DNA of 64,000 bases from the NCBI GenBank assembly GCA_043803385.1, contig JAZDKA010000010.1, forward strand, positions 989-64,988, given 5' to 3'. The stretch comes from Patescibacteria group bacterium (lineage in GTDB: Bacteria; Patescibacteriota; Minisyncoccia; Moranbacterales; JAKLHP01). The notes below the pieces were generated by a model, which saw only the letters and a program-made list of their open reading frames with translations, was not told the DNA's origin and ran no database searches. Shown here piece after piece: positions 20,044 through 28,574 of the stretch. The first letter of the stretch is position 1. The number at the start of each line of letters is the position of its first letter. The position numbers and the translations under genes are program-made.

Positions 20044-20185
20044 CCGATTATCACCCCCTTCTTTTTTGATTTAAAATAACTGCTACGATACTTCATATAA
20101 TTTACCAAAAAGCTGATTTTGTCAAATAAAAAATCTAGTATATAATATAAACATACAAAAAATAAAATATAAAGACAAAAATGGC

Positions 20186-21094
20186 ATGAGAGAAGTTGCG
20201 TTTAAAAAAATAACTTGGCTGGATTTTAGCAGCCCTTCGGCTGATGATATTCTTTATCTTCAGGAGAATTTTGATATCCACCCTTTGGCGATTGAAGAAT
20301 TTGTCACGCCGACAATGCGGCCAAAAGCTACTGAATACCATAACTGCTTGTTCCTCACTGTGCATATTCCTCTTTATGATGTGATTACTAAAACCACTTA
20401 CCCCGGAGAACTGGATGTTGTCATTAGCAAAGACCATCTTATAACTGGGCATAATAAGGATATCTATCAGCTCACGGAATTTTTTAATCAGCTGGAAAAT
20501 AGCGAAGGGAAAAGAAGGGTGCATATGAGCAAAACTCCCGCCCATTTGATGTATATTATCTTGGAAATCCTTTTTGAATCCTGTTTCCCGAAAGTTGACC
20601 ATATTACCGAAAAACTTAACGCTATCGAAGAAGAAATTTTCAAGGGTAACGAGAAAGAAATGGTAATGGAAATATCGGTAGTCAAGAGGGATATTTTGAA
20701 TTTTAGAAGCACCTTAAAACCGCAAAGATCTATTTTGGAATCAATTTTGCAAAAAAATTGCCCTTTGATACCCAAGGAATTAACTCCATATTTTCAGGAT
20801 CTCATCGGAACAAATGTACGCCTCTGGAATGTGTTGGAAAACAGCAAAGAAATAGTAGAATCATTGGAAGATACCAATAATTCCCTGCTCTCCAATAAGC
20901 TGGAAATGACAATGAAGATTCTCACTATCTTTTCAGCAGTGCTCCTGCCTCTTACCGTTTATTCCAATATCCTGGCAATGAGTGCTAGCATTCCTTTTGG
21001 AAATAATCCATATGGATTCTGGATCCATATGGGCATAATGCTCTTCATTGGCCTTATTACTATTGCGATTTTTAAAAAAAGAAAATGGCTGTAA
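20186..21094 (+). CDS. corA: CorA family metal transporter
   Basis: TWLD, FDIHPLAIEE, RPK, MKILTIFS plus two C-terminal TMs and KKRKWL; GMN signature replaced by AMS. Confidence 0.88.
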   Translation: MREVAFKKITWLDFSSPSADDILYLQENFDIHPLAIEEFVTPTMRPKATEYHNCLFLTVHIPLYDVITKTTYPGELDVVISKDHLITGHNKDIYQLTEFFNQLENSEGKRRVHMSKTPAHLMYIILEILFESCFPKVDHITEKLNAIEEEIFKGNEKEMVMEISVVKRDILNFRSTLKPQRSILESILQKNCPLIPKELTPYFQDLIGTNVRLWNVLENSKEIVESLEDTNNSLLSNKLEMTMKILTIFSAVLLPLTVYSNILAMSASIPFGNNPYGFWIHMGIMLFIGLITIAIFKKRKWL

Positions 21095-21184
21095 AATAAA
21101 TTTTTATTATCTCATTAACGAGTTCACGGATTAAAAATAAAAAAACTCGTTAACTCTTTAACTCGTTAATTATTTAATTACTCG

Positions 21185-22666
21185 ATGTTTAGAATTTATA
21201 ACACTTTAACTAAACAAAAAGAAGAATTTAAGCCGATTAATCCCGGTAAAGTTTCAATGTACGTTTGCGGCCCGACGGTTTATGATTTTTGTCATTTGGG
21301 GCATGCCCGAGGATATGTTGCAATTGATGTTCTTCGAAGATATTTAGAATATTCGGGATATGAAGTTCGGCATATTATGAACTACACCGATGTCGGACAT
21401 CTAGTTGATAACGCGGAAATCGGAGAAGACAAAATTGAAAAAAGGGCTAGAGCTGAAAAAATAGATCCGATTGAAATTGCCAATAAATTTATTAAATTTT
21501 GTGAAGATGATTTCGGCGTGCTTAATATCAAGCCGGCGCATTTTAATCCCAGACCGACAAAATATATCGCTCAAATTATCAAATTCAATGAAGAACTTAT
21601 CAAAAAAGGATTTGCTTATGAATCCAATGGCTCGGTATATTTTTCCGTGGACAAATTTCCGGAATATGGAAAACTTTCCGGAAAGAAAAAAGAAGATTTA
21701 CTAAGCGGCGCCAGAGTTGAAATCAATCCTGAAAAGAAAAACCCTCTTGATTTCGCGCTTTGGATAAAAGCGCCAAAGGAACACATTTTGAAATGGGAAA
21801 GTCCTTGGGGAATCGGCTATCCGGGATGGCATATCGAGTGTTCGGTAATGTCTTATGATCTTTTGGGACAGGACACTTTTGATATTCACGGAGGCGGAAA
21901 CGAAAATGCTTTTCCGCACAATGAAAATGAAATTGCCCAAAGCGAGGCGTATCTTGGCAAAAAAATGGCCAATTTTTGGTTTTTATGGAATATGGTTCAG
22001 GTTGACGGCCAAAAAATGAGCAAATCCTTGGGAAATTTCACAACTATAAAAGACGCAATTGAAAAATATGGAGCGATGGTGGTGAAACTTTGGATCTTGA
22101 GCTCCCATTACCGAAGCATTACTAATTTCAGTGAAGATGCGATTGAGCAAGCTCGTGTTAACTTTCAGCGAATTTCTGATTTTGTAAATAACCTTAAAAA
22201 TTCTGGTATCTATCGAGGTCGTATCTATCGAGGTCGAACCTCGATAGAAATTAAAAAATATCAGGAAAAGTTCGAGGAAGCGATGAATGATGATTTGAAT
22301 ACGCCTTTGGCTTTGTCAGTTTTGTATGAATTAATTACCGAAACAAATAAATCAAACCCGTCAAACACTAAAGAAATTTTGAGTTTATGGGAAAAGATGA
22401 ATAAAGTTTTTGGATTAACGATTCCGGAAAGAAAAAATATAAAAATTGGTATAGACGCAATTATCATAGAGAATGAGAATAATATTCCGCTAGATGTCGA
22501 GAAATTAATTGAAAAAAGATTCTATGCTAAAAAAATAAAAGATTTTGTTGAATCTGATAAATTACGAGAATTAATTGAAAAAAGGGGATATTCAATTGAA
22601 GATACAAAAAAAGGATTAAAAGTAAAAGTAAAACTAAAGATTAAAAATAAAATAAAGAGAAAATAA
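21185..22666 (+). CDS. cysS: Cysteine--tRNA ligase
   Basis: YVCGPTVYD, HLGHAR, PGWHIECS, KMSKSLGN. Confidence 0.98.
   Translation: MFRIYNTLTKQKEEFKPINPGKVSMYVCGPTVYDFCHLGHARGYVAIDVLRRYLEYSGYEVRHIMNYTDVGHLVDNAEIGEDKIEKRARAEKIDPIEIANKFIKFCEDDFGVLNIKPAHFNPRPTKYIAQIIKFNEELIKKGFAYESNGSVYFSVDKFPEYGKLSGKKKEDLLSGARVEINPEKKNPLDFALWIKAPKEHILKWESPWGIGYPGWHIECSVMSYDLLGQDTFDIHGGGNENAFPHNENEIAQSEAYLGKKMANFWFLWNMVQVDGQKMSKSLGNFTTIKDAIEKYGAMVVKLWILSSHYRSITNFSEDAIEQARVNFQRISDFVNNLKNSGIYRGRIYRGRTSIEIKKYQEKFEEAMNDDLNTPLALSVLYELITETNKSNPSNTKEILSLWEKMNKVFGLTIPERKNIKIGIDAIIIENENNIPLDVEKLIEKRFYAKKIKDFVESDKLRELIEKRGYSIEDTKKGLKVKVKLKIKNKIKRK
22206..22248. repeat. In-frame palindrome with 15-bp tandem duplication in cysS
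   Basis: (GTATCTATCGAGGTC)x2 GAACCTCGATAGA, encoding IYRGRIYRGRTSI. Confidence 0.9.
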
Positions 22667-22807
22667 ACTTTTTAATCTTACGTTTTGTGCGTATGCGTAA
22701 AATGTAAGATATTAATCGACTAAAAGATTTATAACTTTTGATACCTCAGGCAATTTTAAAGGGAGACTCGACACTGTGTAAGTCTCCCCTCTTTTTTGCT
22801 ATTGCCG

Positions 22808-23023
22808 TTAATAGCTAACTTCTGCTCTCTCCATCATCATTGCCTCCTGTGTTTCGACCAGTTTTTTGCATACGAAAGGGTTCTTCGCGGTATCCAAGGT
22901 CACAAGGGCAAACTCCTTGTTATCTTTTTCGCCTCGTATCTCAATTGCCATGTAAATACCCTCGTATGATATCGTTAATAGATGAGCATCAGTCTTTAAC
23001 GTAACCCGTCTTCTTGCCGCCAT
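22808..23023 (-). CDS. Small hypothetical protein
   Basis: GGGGGTGA SD, upstream TTGACA, downstream GGGAGACT/AGTCTCCC hairpin. Confidence 0.7.
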   Translation of the reverse strand: MAARRRVTLKTDAHLLTISYEGIYMAIEIRGEKDNKEFALVTLDTAKNPFVCKKLVETQEAMMMERAEVSY

Positions 23024-23171
23024 TTAATATCACCCCCTCTGTTTAGTAGGCAACCAGTAATACAATAAATAATACATTAATTTAAATTTGTCAACCTGTT
23101 CATAAGCTCTGCATAAAGAGTGGAATTTTTAAGTTGCCTTTGGCGGGAGTACTGGGTATAATAAATCTACT

Positions 23172-24530
23172 ATGGCATCTAATAATGAAATTGAAAATTT
23201 AAAAGTTCCTCCGCATAATCTTGAAGCCGAGCAGTCGGTTTTGGGCTCTTTGATGCTGGACAAAGATGCGATTATCAAAATTGCCGATTTGGTAAGAATC
23301 GGGGATTTCTACAAGGACGATCATAATCTGATCTATGAAAAAATGCTGGATCTCTATGAAGAACGGGAACCGATCGATGTTTTGAGCGTTTCCAATAAGT
23401 TGGAAGAAATAAATAAATTGGACGGCATCGGCGGTTCGACTTATCTCGCGTCTCTCGTCAATTCTGTTCCTTCTGCTTCCAATGTCGTCCATTATGCCAA
23501 AGTTGTCCAGAAAAAAGCGACGCTTCGCCGCCTCATTAAAGCCGCCAGTGATATTTTGGAAATGAGTTACAAGGAAGGAGAAGATGTCCAGAAAACTTTA
23601 GATGAAGCTGAACAAAAATTATTTAAAGTTTCCCAAAAATACATTAAACAGGATTTTATTCCTATTAAATCAATCTTGGAGGCAGCTTTTAATCGAATCG
23701 ATGAACTACATAAAGATGGGAGCAAATTCCGCGGCGTTCCGACCGGATTTCCCGATTTAGACGGAATTTTAGCGGGACTACAAAAATCAGATTTAGTAAT
23801 TTTGGCTTCCAGGCCTTCAATCGGAAAAACAACTTTAGCTTTGGACATCGCTCGCCATATCGGAGTAAGAGAAAAAGTTCCGGTAGGAATATTTTCTTTG
23901 GAAATGTCCAGCGATCAGTTAATTGACCGGATGATTGCGGCTGAAGCGCAGGTTGATTTGTGGCGCCTTCGAACCGGAAAACTTCGAAGCGAAGGAGAAG
24001 ATAATGATTTTCAAAGGATTGGAGAAGCGATGGGCGTTCTTTCCGAAGCTCCAATATTCATCGATGATTCAGCTTCCGCCAATGTGATGGAAATGAGAAC
24101 GATGGCCAGACGGCTTCAAGCAGAACACCATTTAGGGCTTATCATAATCGACTATTTGCAGTTAATGGAAGGCAGGGGAAATGAAAATCGCGTCCAGGAA
24201 ATTTCGGAAATATCAAGATCTTTGAAAAATCTGGCTAGAGAAATAAATATTCCCATTTTAGCCCTTTCCCAGCTTTCCCGTGCTGTTGAATCCAGATCTC
24301 CGCAAATCCCAAAGCTTTCCGACCTTCGCGAATCCGGTTCTATTGAACAGGATGCCGATGTGGTATTATTCCTATACAGGGAAGACCGGGAAAAACTGGA
24401 TACGCCAAACAAAAATATCGTCGAGGTGCATATTGCCAAGCACAGAAACGGGCCAATCGGACGGTTATCTTTATACTTCGAAGAAACCTCAACGACATTT
24501 AAGTCGCTGGAAAAAGCACACACGGAGTAG
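23172..24530 (+). CDS. dnaB: Replicative DNA helicase
   Basis: PPHNLEAEQSVLG, RPSIGKT, IDYLQLM, LSDLRESGSIEQDAD, KHRNG. Confidence 0.98.
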   Translation: MASNNEIENLKVPPHNLEAEQSVLGSLMLDKDAIIKIADLVRIGDFYKDDHNLIYEKMLDLYEEREPIDVLSVSNKLEEINKLDGIGGSTYLASLVNSVPSASNVVHYAKVVQKKATLRRLIKAASDILEMSYKEGEDVQKTLDEAEQKLFKVSQKYIKQDFIPIKSILEAAFNRIDELHKDGSKFRGVPTGFPDLDGILAGLQKSDLVILASRPSIGKTTLALDIARHIGVREKVPVGIFSLEMSSDQLIDRMIAAEAQVDLWRLRTGKLRSEGEDNDFQRIGEAMGVLSEAPIFIDDSASANVMEMRTMARRLQAEHHLGLIIIDYLQLMEGRGNENRVQEISEISRSLKNLAREINIPILALSQLSRAVESRSPQIPKLSDLRESGSIEQDADVVLFLYREDREKLDTPNKNIVEVHIAKHRNGPIGRLSLYFEETSTTFKSLEKAHTE

Positions 24531-24620
24531 AAGTTTAGAGTTTATAAAGTTTTTAAAGTTCGTAAAGTTGAAAAATTTAACCTTATAAACTTTTATCTTT
24601 ATGAACTTTTAACTCATTTT

Positions 24621-25208
24621 ATGTTTCCTAAATCTTTTAAAAAATTAATAGATAATTTTGCAAGTTTGCCTTCCGTTGGTCCGAAAATGGCAGAAAGGCT
24701 GGTTTTGTATTTGTTTAAGCAAGACAAGGAAAAAATCCAGGAATTCGCCGAGAATCTGGAAAATATCCAGCATATGAAAACTTGCCGGAAATGCTTTAAT
24801 ATTGCTGAAGAAGATCTTTGCGAAATTTGCAAAAATACCAAAAGGAACCAAAAGCAGATTTGCGTGATTGAAGAATCGCTGGATATCATATCTCTGGAAA
24901 AAACCGGAGCTTACCAGGGATTATATTTTGTCCTGGGTGGAACGATTTTCCAGAATAATAACGAGCAAGAACTCAAAATTCCTGAACTTTTAAAAAGAAT
25001 AAAAGATGAAAAAATTGAAGAAATTATTCTTGCTACCAATCCGACTACTGAAGGTGATGCCACGGCTCTATATTTGAAAAGAAAAATTCAACCACTAAAC
25101 ATTAAGATAACTCAACTCGCCCGTGGCTTGACAACCGGAGGCGATATAGAGTATATTGACGAATTAACTCTCAATGCGGCTATAAATAACCGCAAAGAGT
25201 TAAAATAA
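24621..25208 (+). CDS. recR: Recombination mediator RecR
   Basis: LPSVGPKMAERL HhH, C4 zinc finger, ILATNPTTEGDATA Toprim. Confidence 0.96.
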   Translation: MFPKSFKKLIDNFASLPSVGPKMAERLVLYLFKQDKEKIQEFAENLENIQHMKTCRKCFNIAEEDLCEICKNTKRNQKQICVIEESLDIISLEKTGAYQGLYFVLGGTIFQNNNEQELKIPELLKRIKDEKIEEIILATNPTTEGDATALYLKRKIQPLNIKITQLARGLTTGGDIEYIDELTLNAAINNRKELK

Positions 25209-25220
25209 TAATAGGAGGAC

Positions 25221-25715
25221 ATGAACGGAGTTCTTAAAATTCGAACAATATCTACCGCACAGAGGCATTGCACTAATGTTCCGAGAAGAAGATTCCCGCA
25301 TTGATAGAATTGGAGGTTCTAATTTATCAGAAAAAACAATCTTCATAAAGACGTCCATTGCGGAAAACGACTTAAGGTTCGAAGGGCATTTCCCCGAAAG
25401 AAAGATTCTTCCGGGTCACTGGCAACTGGAAATGATGTGCCAGGCAGCAGTTATCCTGGTAAAATACCTGGACCAGAAACTAAAGGACTTCCTGCCCTAT
25501 CTCATGTTGAGAGTCTAAGGCTAGTCAGACCAGTTTTCGCTAAAATCCAGCCCGTCGAGCTTGTGGTGAAAGTTGCTCTCATGGAGATAATGGAGGAACC
25601 AAGCACATCACACTCTCTTATGTATCTTTTCAGAGGAAATTTAGAGTACGTTGGAGGAAGACTAATATCGGGAGCCAGTTTTACTGGTATGAAGCATACT
25701 CTAAAAGATAAGTAG
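25221..25715 (+). pseudogene. FabZ-like hotdog-fold dehydratase with two frameshifts
   Basis: AGGAGG SD and ATG at 25221; YLPHR and FEGHFP..LPG..LE..CQ in one frame; C-terminal RLVRPV part in the ATG frame. Confidence 0.65.
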
Positions 25716-25736
25716 CCGCAGGAAAAAGGAGAGCAT

Positions 25737-26000
25737 ATGACTGAACTAGAAAGGTTAAGGGATTTTCTTTCTCAAAAAATCTTAGATTTTACAAGAAAAG
25801 AATGTGTTCCGGAAGAATTGATATCAGCACATTTCGCTGTAGATAATATGATAAGTATGCTTCAGCTCTATAATAAGAAAAGTGTTGAAGATATCAAGAA
25901 AGAATTCGGATTTCCACCGGATTCACTGGAACCAGAAAGAAAAAGTTTCTACGGGAATGATCTTCTCGAGAAATCTTTAAAAAGAGGTATCGAGGGATAA
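25737..26000 (+). CDS. Hypothetical protein
   Basis: AAGGAG SD; followed by AAGGGCGG/CCGCCCTT hairpin. Confidence 0.7.
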   Translation: MTELERLRDFLSQKILDFTRKECVPEELISAHFAVDNMISMLQLYNKKSVEDIKKEFGFPPDSLEPERKSFYGNDLLEKSLKRGIEG

Positions 26001-26052
26001 ATAAAAAAGAAAAGGGCGGGCTCATTTAACGCTGTGAGCACCGCCCTTATTT

Positions 26053-26199
26053 TTATCTTTCATGCGGTTCGCCAGTCGGACCGTATTCAATTTCAATTTC
26101 AGCAGAACTGGCATCAGATTTGCGAAAGAGATTCGGAAGACAGTTAATAATCGCTGCGATAATTATAGAAATAATCACGACCGCTAAAACTACTCCCAT
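26053..26199 (-). CDS. Single-TM microprotein (48 aa, or 62 aa from ATG at 26241)
   Basis: AGGAGGTGA SD; VVLAVVIISIIIAAII. Confidence 0.65.
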   Translation of the reverse strand: MGVVLAVVIISIIIAAIINCLPNLFRKSDASSAEIEIEYGPTGEPHER

Positions 26200-26252
26200 T
26201 TTTTCACCTCCTGACCCCAGAATTTTTTCAATTATAGTCATGGCAATCCCCT

Positions 26253-26366
26253 TTAAGCTTCATCGATAAAACTAATCGCATCCCGATAATCCTTGTCGAA
26301 GATTATCAGGAAGCAAAAAACGATAACACCTACAATCCATAAAACCGCTTCTTTTGCAATCGTCAT
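26253..26366 (-). CDS. 37-aa single-TM microprotein (not in ORF track)
   Basis: GAGGAGGT SD; MTIAKEAVLWIVGVIVFCFLIIFDKDYRDAISFIDEA. Confidence 0.6.
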   Translation of the reverse strand: MTIAKEAVLWIVGVIVFCFLIIFDKDYRDAISFIDEA

Positions 26367-26387
26367 CGCATACCTCCTCTTATCCTT

Positions 26388-26516
26388 TTAAAATATGCTT
26401 GTCATCTTTGAAAAAATCTTAGACCATCCTATATTGCAGATGGTCATCGTCATTAATAATAGCAACAGAAAAAAGATTAAGATTCCAAAAAATCTCTTTA
26501 TGAATTTTTCTACCAT
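26388..26516 (-). CDS. 42-aa single-TM microprotein (not in ORF track)
   Basis: AGGAGGTG SD; MVEKFIKRFFGILIFFLLLLLMTMTICNIGWSKIFSKMTSIF. Confidence 0.6.
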   Translation of the reverse strand: MVEKFIKRFFGILIFFLLLLLMTMTICNIGWSKIFSKMTSIF

Positions 26517-26579
26517 AAACACCTCCTAAAAATTGATAATGAACAGAAAACTATCCTCCAAAGGCAGTATTTCTATGCT

Positions 26580-26888
26580 CTATCCAATTTTAGTAATCTC
26601 TACTTCTGTGAATGGTTGTCTGTGGCCGAATTTTACCTTATATCTCTTCTTTGCCTTGTGTTTGATTCCCCAGACTTTTTTAGCTCTGTCCTGTTTTAAA
26701 ATCTTTCCTTCCACCTTCGCGCCTTTGATAAATGGAGCGCCGACTTTGGCTTCCTTTTCATTTCCAACAAAGAGAACTTTGGAAAATCCAAATTTTCCTC
26801 CAACTTCTCCTTCAATTTTTTCAATCTTGATTTTTGTTCCTTCTTTGACCAGATATTGCTTTCCTCCGGTCTTGATCACTGCTAGCAT
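26580..26888 (-). CDS. rplU: 50S ribosomal protein L21
   Basis: MLAVIKTGGKQY, GHRQPFT. Confidence 0.97.
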   Translation of the reverse strand: MLAVIKTGGKQYLVKEGTKIKIEKIEGEVGGKFGFSKVLFVGNEKEAKVGAPFIKGAKVEGKILKQDRAKKVWGIKHKAKKRYKVKFGHRQPFTEVEITKIG

Positions 26889-26956
26889 AATGTTTGCGAA
26901 ATATAAATTATAAATACCTGATAACCCTATCATTTAAGGCAAAAAGTGTCAATCTT

Positions 26957-27151
26957 TTAGCACTTATAATATATGCCTTTCTTTTTCATATCTTCTTCTA
27001 CTTTATAAGACTTCCTGTCGAAATTCTTTCCAACATCAGGATGATTCATTATTTTATTTACAAGTTCGCTCCTGTTCATAGTTGACATCTTCTTACTTTC
27101 TTCATACTCAAATCCTAAATTTTCTAAGTATTTTTTTACTTCATTACTCAT
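26957..27151 (-). CDS. Small hypothetical protein
   Basis: 64-aa ORF filling the gap, co-oriented with neighbours. Confidence 0.5.
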   Translation of the reverse strand: MSNEVKKYLENLGFEYEESKKMSTMNRSELVNKIMNHPDVGKNFDRKSYKVEEDMKKKGIYYKC

Positions 27152-27229
27152 AATATTTTATTTAAAAAAAATTAATTACTCTTTAAAAATTAGTGAATAT
27201 TAATGTTAAAATTAGCGTTGATTAGCGAT

Positions 27230-27511
27230 TTATACTATCCCGTTTAATTTCTTTTTTAGAGCTTTTATATCATTATCTATCTTCATTTTATCGTTTTCGA
27301 TCCTGATAATTTCTTGTTTTTTTTCTGAAATTTTAGTTTGAAGCACAGCTAATTCCCTCATTAGCCTCTTGAGGTTCATTTTTTCCGCTTCTATTTCTGT
27401 TTCTTTTTTCTTCAAATCAGAATCAGCAATGGTAATTTCAAATTGAATGCGCTGTCTTTGAGCATGAGCATCTTGTCCGTTTGAGTCTGAATTTTGTGCG
27501 TTATCTTGCAT
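27230..27511 (-). CDS. Coiled-coil hypothetical protein
   Basis: GGAGGAGG inside the mnmA end precedes ATG at 27511; K/E heptad pattern. Confidence 0.7.
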   Translation of the reverse strand: MQDNAQNSDSNGQDAHAQRQRIQFEITIADSDLKKKETEIEAEKMNLKRLMRELAVLQTKISEKKQEIIRIENDKMKIDNDIKALKKKLNGIV

Positions 27512-28574
27512 AAAAAATAGTTCCTCCTCCCAACACTTTTCCTTTTTCTGAATAAAATACTGCCGACTGGCCGGGAGTAATGGCTCTTTGCAGTTTTTCA
27601 AATTCAACTTTGTCTTTGTTTATTATAGCACGAAATAATGGACTTTGATAGCGAGTGCGAATAAGTGTTTTGAAAGGAAATTTTGGCTTTTCTTCTACCC
27701 AATTAACTTCTTTCAGGATCATCTTCTTGCTAAAAAGTTCTTTCTTGTCTCCTACAACCAGCCTATTTTTGCCAGAATCCTTCTTTATTACGTAATATGG
27801 ACCGTTTCCGCCCAATTTTATTCCCTTTCTTTGCCCGATAGTGTAAAATGGCAACCCTTCATGATTTCCGAGAACATTTCCTTTTAAATCACAAATTTTG
27901 CCTTTCTTAGGGCTTAAACTTTTTTTCAAAAATGTTTCGAAGCCTTTTTCAGGGATAAAACAAATGTCTTGTGATTCTTTTTTATTATGGACTGGCAAAC
28001 CAAATTTCTTGGCAATTTTTCGAACCTCAATCTTGGTATAATCCCCTAGCGGAAACAAAATTTTTGACAATTGTTTCTGCGATAATTTATATAGAAAATA
28101 ACTTTGATCCTTACTTTTATCCTTCGCTTCAAACAATCCAAAACTTTTAACTTTTAACTTTTCACTTTTAACTTCGCGCGCTTGCGCGTAATGTCCCGTT
28201 GCCACAAAATCCGCTTTTAGAAGCATCATTTTTTCAAATAAAACTTTGAATTTTATTTCTTTATTGCAAACCACGCACGGATTAGGAGTATTCCCCTTTT
28301 TTAATTCATCTAAAAAAAAGTCTACGACTTTCTTTTTAAATTCATTATGAACATTTAAAACATAAAAGGGAATTCCTAAAATTTGAGCAACTTTTCTGGC
28401 GCTTTCAATCGACTCCAGTGAGCAGCACCTATTCTCATAATTTTTGTCCAGCGAAACATCTTTCCAGAAGTTCATAAAAACTCCAGTAACATCATATCCT
28501 TCTTTCTTGAGCATTACGGCAACTACTGAAGAATCAACTCCTCCAGACATTGCGACAATTACTTTCTTATTCAT
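27501..28574 (-). CDS. mnmA: tRNA 2-thiouridine synthase MnmA
   Basis: AMSGGVDSSV, TPNPCVVCN, ATGHYA, KDQSYFL, TPGQSAVFY. Confidence 0.98.
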   Translation of the reverse strand: MNKKVIVAMSGGVDSSVVAVMLKKEGYDVTGVFMNFWKDVSLDKNYENRCCSLESIESARKVAQILGIPFYVLNVHNEFKKKVVDFFLDELKKGNTPNPCVVCNKEIKFKVLFEKMMLLKADFVATGHYAQAREVKSEKLKVKSFGLFEAKDKSKDQSYFLYKLSQKQLSKILFPLGDYTKIEVRKIAKKFGLPVHNKKESQDICFIPEKGFETFLKKSLSPKKGKICDLKGNVLGNHEGLPFYTIGQRKGIKLGGNGPYYVIKKDSGKNRLVVGDKKELFSKKMILKEVNWVEEKPKFPFKTLIRTRYQSPLFRAIINKDKVEFEKLQRAITPGQSAVFYSEKGKVLGGGTIFYAR

